A stretch of 64,000 bases of DNA from Vicugna vicugna (Eukaryota), in assembly GCA_013265495.1 (NCBI GenBank), contig MU058714.1, positions 186,001-250,000 on the forward strand, given 5' to 3'. Both the position numbers and the translations under genes were made by a program. This document shows, piece after piece, positions 23,049 to 34,230 of this stretch (the first letter of the stretch is position 1; every line of letters starts with the position of its first letter). The notes below the pieces were generated by a model that saw nothing but the letters and a program-made list of their open reading frames with translations, was not told where the DNA came from and ran no database searches.

Positions 23049-26000
23049 GAGACACCGCTCTGGCCCCAAGTGCCACTAATCACCTCTCACCTGGCCATGA
23101 TGAGATCTATCCAAGCATCTACTTCTCCATAATTAAAACAGGGTCTATGGAAGCCCCAGCCCTGGCCCCATGGACCTGATTAGGGTGGAGCAGATAACCC
23201 AAACCTGCAGAACCCAGCATGCTGGGAGTGCATTACTGGAAGCATCATCAGCACTGTTCACCACCAGACCCACACCAGACCCCACATCATAGCTTCTCAC
23301 TCAAAACCCGAGAAACGATCTTGGCTTTGAAGAGGATGGAGAGAGCTGGTGCAGAAAACTTCTGTTTTCCAATTCCCAAGGTTTAAACTCCCTGAAATTA
23401 GATTTCCCAACAAATTTCTGGCTAGAACAAAAAAGCAGGGAGTGAGAAACATGTCTGAAAACTCGGTGGAGTGTAGGGTCGCCAAAGGAACTCAGTACTA
23501 CAAATGGGGCACGCTGGCACCCTCAGCCCGGGAGCTGCACGGCCACCAAGCAGAAGGAAGGCAGCAGATCTTCATTTACCTGAGTGGACTCAGCTGGACA
23601 AGGAAATGCCCTATAGGGAAAAGGAGCACCATCCAAAACCATCTTTGAACTCAGTGATTTCAAAACCTGTCACCGAGCTCAATTTAAAACTAATGATATT
23701 ACATTAAAAAACTCTATGTCTCTAGTGCCAAGGTCCCTTGATAAGAGGCAGCAGTTTCCAGAAGTCCAGTGTTAAAGCGACGGGCACATGCTTTGCCAAT
23801 TAAGATCCCCGTGCCGGCACAAACACATCTTGTGGCTTCTCATTCCTGCCAGTTTCAGAATTGGCTCCGGCTCCTGAAGCAGCTGGTCAACCTACTTCCT
23901 CCCTGGAAAACCCAGAGAAAGGGAGGCGGGAGCTGGGGAGGGGCCGGGGAAGGCAGGCACCAGGGAGATTGGGGTACAACGCTCTCTGGACCACAGTTGC
24001 ATCAGGCTAAAGGGTCCTTCATGCCAAAGCTCTGACCGGTGGCCAGCCCAGGTCCCCTGGCACCAGGGTGGCTCTGGACCCCTGCCACCAAGGATGGATC
24101 TGTGGGGACCCAGCATGGGCAGCAGTGCCCACGAGCTCCTAAAAATAAGCATCCGCTCAGCTCGGGATCCCGCTGCCCCTCCACCTGGCCCCAGAGTACC
24201 CTCCCTTCCGGGACTGAGAGCTGGCTGGCTGGCTGACGGGCAGGATGCGGGTGGTTGGAGGCGGAGGAGGGTTGGCTGAAATTTGTTCAACCAAAAGGGC
24301 CACTTTCAGTGCTTCCCTCCCGTCTACCTCACCCACCAGGGGTTTCGGCGATGCCAGGGGCAACCACGATGTCCAGGGAAATCAGGAGCTTAGTAACCGT
24401 ACAGCTCTGGGGAGTGCCAGGGCACAAGCCCTATCCTCAAATAACTCCCGGGTAATCAGGGACGCAGAGCAGGCAGATGGCAGCCATGGAGCAAAGCGTG
24501 AACTGCGGTGGAGGCTGAGGGTGAGGCCGCGCCCACAGCCAGGGGGCTCTGGGTGGCCGGTACCTGCATGTCCTCGTGTACACGACCACAGTTAGGGCGG
24601 GGGCTGAGGGGGCTGCACACAGAACAGCCCCCTCCCTGGCAACAGCAGGGGAAGGCTGGGATTTTCCGCTCTCCTCCTGGGACCCCCTCTGGGCCATGAA
24701 ACCTGAGCACTGACCTGCCTTTTCCATGTCCTCAGCAGAGACTATTTGGAGAGATGTCATTTGAATTCACAGGGTCTGTGGGAAAGGAACTCCCTGGCCT
24801 GGCTTTGAAAGGTAAATAAAACAGCATAAAAACGTGAACCTACATGCAGCTTCTAGAAAGCCAGAGGCACAAGCAGCTACTGTAGGGTTTGCTTGGTGTT
24901 TTGAGGTTTCAGGCAAACGGTGGATCATTCCAGAATTCTGCTATTTTCCCGACTCAGAACCTTTGCTGGCTGCTGACAGCAGGGCTCACACCATCACCAC
25001 ATACCCTTGACTGCACAGCTGTGTCCACACTGGCTGCAAACTCCCTGCTTTATTACATCCTCCAAAAAGCAGTGGTGGAGGACGGGGCTGGCTGCGTTTT
25101 ACACTCACAGCCTCCAAATGTCCCCGTCCTCTCTGCAACCCCGGGCATCTGCTCCAGGGCGCTGTTCCCAGGCGCCTTGGTCCCATCTCCTCTTCCTTTC
25201 TGAACAGCACAGGATTTCGCCTTCTATTTCCCTCTTGCTCTGCTCTGCCTCCCACTCCTGCTCTTGCCTAATTGTTTTCCAGGCCCTTCAGGACCTCGTC
25301 TGGTCCCGCCACGTGGTGAAGGCACAGACCTGTCAGGGCTCCCGGGCCCTGGTCCCGGGTGCCTGCCCTTGTGTGGCGTTAGACACACGTGTGGGCCCAG
25401 CGGCCAGGTGGGTGGCCCGTCACTCTCCCCAGAAAAGCCTAGATGGGAGGGGGCATCAAATCAGCCCGTTTGCTTCAAGCACCCCAGAACCAAGAACGGC
25501 CCCCCTTTTCTGGCCTTGACATTCACATGCCATTTTCCCTGGCTTTTCCACGGGAAGCCACTGTTCTGCAGACCGTTTCCACAACACCTGGCCTTGGGAT
25601 CCGCTCTGGGAAGGACAGGCAGGAGGTGGGGAAGCAGGAGGGACCCCAGAGGCTGAACCAGAGGCTGCACCGAGGGGGAGACCCACCATATGGAGGGGAA
25701 GAGGGGGAAGGGGAAGAGGAGGGCCAAGCTCTGGGCTAGTTTCCTTCTTCAAGAAACAGGGGGGACGGGGCCCCGGGAGTGCCCTGGCTCTCTGCCATAG
25801 GCTGAATGGGCTGTCGGGAAGCGTGGTGGGGCCTGGTCGACCCAGTGCACAAGCTCCGTGGCCCCGGTGTCTGCTGACCTCCAGAGCTGCACTGGATGTC
25901 CGTTCCCCATCCCTAAAGGGGGACTGGGGCCACAGGACTGCCGGTCTCAAGGGCAGCCCGTGGACTGCAGCTCTCCGAGCGCGCCAGGTCTCCCGACGTC

Positions 26001-26409
26001 CTCCAGGCCTGCACGCCCAGGCCTCTCTCCACTTGTTCGCTTATTTGTCCTGCCTGGAATTTGCTGGACACCACCTACTGCCCATCCCCAGCTCCAGCCC
26101 ACCATCTCCTCCTCTTTCTCTTCTCCCTTCTTGTTTCTTTGATGATCCAAGTTCTATCCATTGGCCAAGGGCTCATCAGTCCACCCTGAACCACGTCCTA
26201 CTTCACAGATTTGAAAGTTCACCCCCACCCAACCAGTCAACTCCAACAGACCAAAGACCGAGCCCAACGCCACCTGATAGCCCACACCACACTGGGCACA
26301 GACCAGATGGTTCAGCAGGTGCCCACTGAACTAAACAGCAAGGCTGAGGTGCTGGCACCCCCGCCAGGCTGGGACTTCGGGAGGGGGCCCACGTCAGCCA
26401 GGGGAGGGG

Positions 26410-26730
26410 AGGTTCTGCCGCTGTAACAAAGGTCACAGAGTGACAATCGCTTTAACAGCAAAGACCTTTCTTGCTCACACTACATTTCCATCACTGGTCC
26501 ACTGAGCTGCTCACACCCAGGCTGACAAAATGACCTCTATCTGGAACATTCATGGTGGTAATGTCAGAGGAAGGAGTGCACAGTGAACCCACACTCCATT
26601 CTAACCTCCTGCCTGGAAGTGACAAATGTGACATTGAGGCACACATCAATAACTTTGGTTACTGACCCACAAGCTCATGTGGTCACACTGGAATTCCACA
26701 GGAGTAGGGAGGGAGGTGTCGAATATTTGT
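26410..26730 (-). mobile_element. Old MaLR LTR (MLT1K/L-like)
   Basis: GCTGTAACAAA...TTTCTTGCTCACACTACATTTCCATCA...CCCAGGCTGA...CTGCCTGGAAGTGACA. Confidence 0.55.
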
Positions 26731-26750
26731 GATCAAAAGTGAGTCTGTCT

Positions 26751-26856
26751 AATATGAAAACGAATATATGTGTATACATGCATGACTGGGACACTGCGCT
26801 GTGCACCAGAAATCGACACATTATAACTGACTGCACTTCAATTAAAAAAAAAAAAA
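26751..26856 (+). mobile_element. Severely 5'-truncated young L1 3' end with poly(A) and target-site duplication
   Basis: TGCATGACTGGGACACTGCGCTGTGCACCAGAAATCGACACATTATAACTGACTGCACTTCAATT(A)13. Exact TSD GAGTCTGTCT at 26741-26750 and 26857-26866. Homologous to 58420-58510. Confidence 0.9.
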
Positions 26857-28224
26857 GAGTCTGTCTTAACAAGGCTGACCCAAGGCCAATGGAGACTGAA
26901 AGCCACTAGTGCATTAGGACGTCTTAGATGCCGCTGGGCTTCCAGAGTCAGGGAGGAAGACTTACACCCAGGCTTGGGTTCATCTGACCATTCTTCCAGT
27001 GCGCACCCTCTCCCTGCCTCGTCCACATTTCTGCTGACCCCAGTGAAGGGAAGGCAGGGCCGACTGCAATCCCGGGAGCTGACACACTAATACGCCTCGG
27101 GCGAAAGAGAACAGAGGATACCAAGCGAGAGGGATGCTCAGAGAGTCACCAAATGGCTCAGCTGCTCGGCTTCCACTCACTGTGCACCAAGGAAAGGAAA
27201 CGCCTTCTTTAAAGAGGGACACGGGTCTTAGAGGTGCTCTCTGGCCCACCTCAGCCCCAGGTCACAGGGGCCCTCCCCATCACACAAGACACAGGACCGG
27301 ATTTCCATCTGGCCTCCCAATAGGGAGGGGACAAGGGTTGTTCCCATGCCCACACAGCCTGGGGGAGCAGGTGCCACCTGCTCCGGACCTGGCAAGGGAG
27401 ACTGCTGGCGGTTCCAAGGCCCTGGGAAGCTGGGCCCAGAAGGGACTTGGCTTGGTTCCCATGGATGCTGCCATGGGACCAGGGCCACTTTGGAGAACCT
27501 TCTCTTAAAGAACTGTGCTGACCCTGAGGCCAGGTAGCCCCTCTGCTACAGCCCTGAACACACACACATGCATGTCTGAGCGTGCATGTGTGTGCACAGG
27601 TGTGTGTGCGTGCACATATCCGACCTTGGAAGAGTGAGTGTTCGCCTCCCACTTCCCCGTGTGTGCTCCCCTCCCACCTCTCCACGCCTCCCTTTGCCCT
27701 TCACTGATGACTTGGGGGTAGCAAACAAGAGCTTTCTCTTCTCAATAAAATGCAGCTCAAGATGGATTTCCTGGAGGTACCTGAGTAGTGAGCAGCCACC
27801 ACTGTGTGACAGCCACATGGGATGTGGCCAGATGTGGTTTCTGAGAAAGTGGTCATTCTTTAGTCCAGCCTCAACCAGAGCCGTGGGACACTTGTGCCCG
27901 GAATGGCCTGCTGTGCCCCCACCTCAGGGCAATGCTTTCCGGGGACGAGCTGTCATGGGCAAGGCAGGGGACAGGCAAGACTCCGTTCCTAAGGGTCCCT
28001 GTCAGGGACTAGAGACCCAAACCCCAAAAAATGCACAATGGAACTCCAGCAAGTCAGCACGGGACGCTGCAGGGAGGGGACCCCCTCTGGACTGAAGTGG
28101 CATTGCTCCAGCCCCCCTTCCTCCTGTTTCTCAGTTGCTTCTCAGTAAAGCAGGACCAAGGAGGCCCATGTCACTGGGCTGTCTTCAGGACCCAATGAGC
28201 TGATGTATGTGGTCATCCCTGACA

Positions 28225-28740
28225 CATTCATCCACTGATCTCAATTGTTTATTGGGCCTTTTGGGAGCAGGCACCATGCACCCTCTGGGACACAGTGATG
28301 ACTCAGACAGACAGCCTACAGAAGGCATCAATGCAACACAGCAACTGCACTGCAGCCGTAGTCAGAGCTACAGGGAGCCCTGCAGGGGGGACAGGAAAAG
28401 CTAGCTGGGACCTCTGGGTGGGGACAGCCAGGGAAGTCTTCCTTAGACAAGTGACTTATGAACTGAGCTCTGAAGACTAATGGGATTAGTGACAAGGCAA
28501 AGGGGGAAAGGAAGAGTGAGCACTCCAAGCAGAAGGGAGGCCTGTGCAAAGGCCCTGAGGCTCGGAGGAGTGCAGCCTGTCTGAGGAACTGAAAGGCCAG
28601 GAGGCAGGATGGCTCTGAGATGGCTGTGAGGTCAGCTAAAAGAAGCCCCTCAGGATTTTTGTGCTTATCCTGAGAATGTAAAGCATTCTAAGCATTGAAT
28701 CAATATGATCATATTTGCATTTTTTAGTGAGCCTCTGGCC
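28225..28740 (-). mobile_element. L2 LINE 3' region
   Basis: CAGGGAAGTCTTCCTTAGACAAGTGACTTATGAACTGAGCTCTGAAGA...CCAAGCAGAAGGGAGGCCTGTGCAAAGGCCCTGAGG. Confidence 0.75.
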
Positions 28741-28829
28741 ACCCGATCCTCAATCCCCTACTCTGCAGCCTAGGCGTGTCCAGGCAGCTGGGAGGCTATG
28801 GACATGGTCTGACTGAGCAAGAAGGAAAA

Positions 28830-28892
28830 AGAGTTGTTTCAAGCTTCTGTATCTGGGGCATGTCTGTTATACAGCAGTAGCTAACTCATACA
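28830..28892 (+). mobile_element. MLT1 LTR 3'-terminal fragment
   Basis: GTTGTTTCAAGC...TGTTATACAGCAGTAGCTAACTCATACA matches MLT1 termini. Confidence 0.55.
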
Positions 28893-30894
28893 CTCTTCCC
28901 CCTAAAGGCAGGAAGCTCCACAACTTCATCCTGCTTCTCAGTATTAGACAGAACCCAACAGAGACATGCAGCTAAATTCAGTCTGGCATGCTTTATAATT
29001 GATTTACTTGGTGAGATCTTTGGTTTAAATTTTTCTTTTAATATATTTTCAATCAGAAATGTAAGGAGCTGTTTGGAATGTCCCTGCAGAGTTCTCAGAA
29101 GCATCCTCTCCTGCGTTCCTCCAGAGAGGCTTGTTTTGTTTGTTGGAGAGTGTGTTCTCTTGCAGCTTTTCAAATGCTACATTTTCCTCTGACAGCAGCC
29201 AGGGCATTTGATCGCAGGAGAGATGGTGATGTGGTTGCAACTGCTGTCAATATTCCTTTTACAACTCTGAATTTGCATCTGTGCAAGGCTGGTAATTCTT
29301 ATCTGAATGCACAGCACAAATAAGTAAAACTTATTTAAAGTAACTGGGAAAATTCCATGCTGGAGGTTTGGAAAAAAAAATTTTCCCCCCTTTTGCTGCT
29401 GCAGATGGAGAAACTTGTCCTGGCATGGCCGTTTGAAATCAACTCAATGACTGGCCAGTCCCAAAAATTATGTGGCAGGTGCGTGCAAGGCAGAAAAATG
29501 AACAACACAGACCCAGAACATCCACCCTTCGGTGCATCAGCTCTGCAAGACCCCTTCCAGCCCCCAGAACGAGGAGATGGTGTGAGGAGAGGGTGATGCT
29601 GGGGACATCATGGGCCACTGTACAGCCGGCGCCCCTGCACACACACTGTCATGCGTGGTCCTCAAATCATTCTTGTGAGGGGTGCAGGGCCAGTGGTCAG
29701 GGACAGCCTGATTTCAAAGCCCCACTTTGCAGTTCTTTGCCAGAGGCACCTGCAGGGCTTCTGCTGTTTTAATCGTAACTTAGAGTCCTGTGATGCTCCA
29801 ACCACAGTGATGGGCCAATCCTCCTGCTCAGGGGTAGGGGGCGGAGAGATAGGGAGAAAAGTAACCACAGTGTCATGACCAGAACACCAGCCTTATCTAC
29901 CAACTCGTGGGGCTGCCCAGCCAGGTCCTCCAGCCCAGGGCTGCAGAAGTCACCCAGCCAAGCAGAGGGCTGACTTGAAAGTCTCTCCCACAAGCACCGG
30001 TCAGGGACGACACCTCAGAAGTCTACCTGGATGCCACCTAACCCCACCCTCCAGCCTTAACACACAGTGTCCTCTGGGACTTCCGAGGGAGCTGGTTACT
30101 GCTGTCTCTGTTGGCCAGGGGTGGAGTCTGGCCTGCGAACCTGCACTGTTCAGGTTTCCATTGCAAGGGGTCCAGGGACCACAGCTTGGGAAATGCAGCC
30201 ATAGAAAGGGCTGGGCACCCAGAGGAAGAATAGGGTATGCTGCCAGGAAATTATAGGACCCCCAGTCCGGGTCCCACCTGGAGGCAGGGGAGAGGCCATG
30301 GGAGAACACATGAAGGAGCCCCTGGAGGAATCAGGGCAGGACCACTTCATGGGAGAAGGGGACATTTGAGTTGGGTCTTGAAGCATGAGTAGGAGTTTCC
30401 AGGTTGTGGGGTTAGGCGGGGCAGCCCACCCAGCTCCGGCTCTTGAGCTCACAATAATGTTCACAAATACTTTTGAGCCTGAACGTGGGCCAGGGCCTCA
30501 CCCTGGGCACTTTCTCATGTGTGCTCTCTTGAACTTGGCAACTGGTCTTTTACTCCTGCAGGGAACTCTTGCTGTAAGAAGGCCTCCTGGGCCCCCTCTC
30601 GTTGCCTGGACTGAGGACTTCCTGAGAGCAGCTTGGTGTCCTTCTTCAGCCACTCCAGGTCTCCAGCCCAGGGCCTCCCCCGGCCAGGAAAGCGAACAAT
30701 AGTTGGTGGGTTGACTGACAATCCCTCTTTTAGAAAGGAATCTGCAAGCTGGATTACTATTTGGTCTAGGAAGCCACACCCACCTGACCCCTCAGCATCG
30801 CTGTTTGTTTCCTGAGACGTGAACAGCCTGCCAGGGCTGCTGGCCTGGAAGCTCAGTTCCAAACTTGGCCATGCCTCCAAGCTGGCCACGTGAG

Positions 30895-31285
30895 TGTCCT
30901 GGGGTGACCCTATCAGAGGACCACACCCTTAAGGCAGCCGAAATTGATCCTTCACAGTCTGGGGGTGAGGAGGGCGCAGGCGAGGCTGGCTCCTTCCGAG
31001 GGTCTATCCTGTCCCAGGCCTCCGTCCTGGTTTCACGTGGTTGCTAACTGTCCTTGGTGGCCCTTCTTGGGCAGACGCATGCCTCCGGGCACACGGCGGG
31101 TCTTCCCTCTGAGCGTGTTGTCTCCCAGCTACCCCTTTTTGTAAGAATGCCAGTCCTATCGGATCAGGCCCACCCTAATGACCTGATTTTAACCTAATTA
31201 CCCTGCAAAGACTCTATTTTCAAATAAGATTACATTCTGAGGTACTGCTGGTTAGGATGTCAACGTATTTTTTTGGAGGGACACA
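30895..31285 (-). mobile_element. MLT1 (MaLR) LTR, MLT1B/C-like
   Basis: GGCCCACCCTAATGACCTGATTTTAACCTAATTACCCTGCAAAGACTCTATTTTCAAATAAGATTACATTCTGAGGTACTG. Confidence 0.8.
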
Positions 31286-33894
31286 GGTCTTCCCCTCACT
31301 CCCAGGCTCCTGTGTGCCCCCCACTGAGGGCATGCGGGCCACACACACCCATCAGAGACGTCAGGAAGGAGCAAGGATCCCCCCAGGAGGCCTGAGTAAG
31401 GTGGTAAGGACGGACTGGCGGCATTCCCGGGTCACCCACTTAGTCTGTCCTGCGTCGCCCCTGCACGGGGTGTCTGTCCTGCCAGCCTCTCTGAGGCCCC
31501 ATGCAGGGTAGGGAGGGCTGTCAGTTCCATGGTGGAAGCAGTGTTTGATATGGAGATTTTGGCCGTGAGAATGGATGTGCCTGGTGAGAGGTTTATGTAA
31601 AATGACAGCTTCTGGAGAATGAAGCCCTGAGATAAAAAAGAAAAGGAAAGAGGAGGAGGAGGACAAGAGCAGCCTTGGGCTCCCTCCCCACCGCTGCGCT
31701 TCCCTCCTGGCACACTTCCTGGTGGGGCGGGGGCACAGGGCTCCCTGGGGGTCCCCCAGAGAGAAAGCCAGGCATCTGGGGCTGCTTCTGCTTCCTCTTC
31801 ACCTCCATCTGTCTCACGTTTGCCCCAATCTGCCCCTCCTGTCTGATTCCTCTCCCCACTGCACTGCTCCCCAACACACACACTTATTACTCATTTACTG
31901 TCCTGATCTGTCATCGCTTGGGATAAGGACACCAGACGACCAGGCCCAGGTGGGTGACAGACATATACCACGACGCTGTAAACTAAGAACAGTCCTTCTG
32001 AAACTTTCCCGTCCTATCCTTTTAAGAGGGTGGGTACTCCAGCGGAGGGACCAACTCCAGATCCTTCTCTGGAAGCCAACAAAAGGAAAGAAGGATTGCA
32101 TATAATTGCCCTTTGTTTAAGAGGCAAATGAATATTCCTGCAGAGCTGAAAACTCATTCTTCACACAGATAAGCTTCCAAAAATTGCAATCTATTTGCTG
32201 CCAAGTTTGGGACTGTTGTTTCCTTCCCAACCCCCTCAGGGTTTTTTTAATGGCCTGAAATGCAAACTGCGTTCCTGGTGGCCCTTTCCGGCTGGCACCT
32301 TAGTCTAAGGAAATCCATCTCACCTGGACCTTAGGAAAGGCTCCCCCAGGAAAGAAAGCTGAAGGTCAAAGGTACTTCTTAGTAGGTCATTTTGGCCACT
32401 GACAGCGAAGCAGGTAGAGAAACCTGTTCTCCTACCTCACCTGGAGGTTCCGCCTCCATTCCCCGGAACCCAGATGGCCCCAGAACCCAGCAGACAGGAC
32501 AGGAAGACACAGGGACATCCACGCATCCCTGGGAGAAATATTCTCACTCTGACCCACATCGTGGAAAAGGACCCACCCAAACCTCAGAGGAATCTTCAGT
32601 GAACTTCTCAAGAGGAGAGGGGTCAAGACGGAGCTGACTTGCCAGAAATCCCCGGAGTCCCATTTTCCAGGAGCACAGAACAAGCCTTTGAGGGCTTGTG
32701 AAGACAGCCACTTCTGAGGCCCCCCTGGGCCCTGGGAGGAGGGAGCTGTCCCCGTCCCGAAAATTCCACCAGTGTGTTTTCAGCACAGGTCTGGATGTAC
32801 CCTCCCCCACCTCACTGTCCCGGGCCACGGATCCAGAACCGAGCATGAGGAGTCCCACCACAAGAGGCGCACCAAGAGAGACCCCGAGCATCTGCCCGGT
32901 GTCTCGGGGCCTGGCACCCATCGAGATGCGTCCCCCCCAGGGCCAGGGAGCCCGGGGCCAAGGCTTTGGGCATCCCTGCAGGACTGAGCCCGCCTACTCC
33001 CGAGGCCGCACTCTGCAGGTGAGAGTACTCGGCACAACCACTTTGCGCTTCTGGAGTTTCTGGAGTGAGGGGAACACCTTCCCCACGACAATCCTGGCCC
33101 CAAAAGGAAGAGCCCCCAGCCAGGCTCCAACACCCAGAGAGGCAAGGACACTGTGCCCAGAGCCATCAGTCCACTGAGCACCTACTGTGTGCAGGCACAG
33201 AGTGATACGGCAGCGCAGTCGCCACAGGGGCCCCATGTTCCTCTCCATCCTCCCGAATTCAGGTTTCCTGCAGGGTCGCTGGGTCAGCTTGAAGCCCCTG
33301 ACGTACAGCCTGAGACAGGCGTGGGTACAGATGACTTGTGATCCCAGAAGCCTGAGCCAGGGATGGAAGAGCAGCTGAGAGTGTGTATGTGTGAATTTAT
33401 CTGTCTGTTTATACACTATTATCAAACTGGTCACCCTGTGGGCAGCTGCGGCTTGATTCCTGGGGGGCCCTCTGGGGAAACACAGACAGCCCCCTGTCCC
33501 TGGGGAGGCAGGGAAGCTGGGGAGAGATTTCTGCTAACCCCGTCCCCCTGGGTGGAGGGCTGCCCCTAGCACATTAAAGTCCCCACAGCCCTGCTGGCAG
33601 CCTGAGTGAGCCCCCTTCCCCTTCAGAGGAAGCTCAGGGGCAGAGAAGCACGGGTGCCTGGGGCAGGAGCTGCCAGCACACACGGGACTGACCGCCACGG
33701 CCACAGACACAGCCGGTGAGGGCTGAGCCCACAGGTCTCCAAGGGACCCCCTCCCACAGTGGTCCTGGCAGGTTGTCCACTTGTGGGGAGCATGTGCCCC
33801 CACCCCCTCCAGCCCCCAGCCTGTCCCCTGAAGGCCAGGTTTCCAAGCATCCCCACCGTGAGATTGGTCACTGCAAGAAGTAACCATAACCCTT

Positions 33895-34230
33895 GACAGT
33901 GTCTGTGTCCCTTCCAAATCCATACACTGAAACCTAACCTCCAGTGTGTTGGCGTCAGGAGCTGGGGCCTCTGGGAGGTGACTAGGTGGGGAGGGGTTAG
34001 CGTCCTGATGAAAGAGACTCCAGGGAGCTCCCTCGCTCCTTCCCGCCTGAGTGGACGCCACTCAGCAAGAAGCACCAGCTATGAACCAGGAAGCGGGTCC
34101 TGACCACACCCAAATCTGCCGGTGCCCTGACCTCGGACTCCAGCCTCCAAACAGAGAGGAATGCAGAGTGCTGTCTGCAAGCCGCCCGGCCTGCACTGTG
34201 CCGCTCGAGCGGCCCCGGAGGGCCAGGACC
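33895..34230 (+). mobile_element. MLT1A-like MaLR LTR
   Basis: TGTGTCCCTTCCAAATCCATACACTGAAACCTAACC...GGGGCCTCTGGGAGGTGACTAGG...CTATGAACCAGGAAGCGGG...GGACTCCAGCCTCCA. Confidence 0.8.

Noticed and set aside
22433..23083. Acidic D/E-rich, Met-rich and His-Pro ORFs as real genes
   Set aside because: Arise from the stop-free hexamer array inside an LTR, with no splice or promoter context.
27561..27594. 12-bp inverted repeat with a 10-nt loop as a hairpin or miRNA
   Set aside because: The arms are CA/TG low-complexity sequence and too short for a pre-miRNA.
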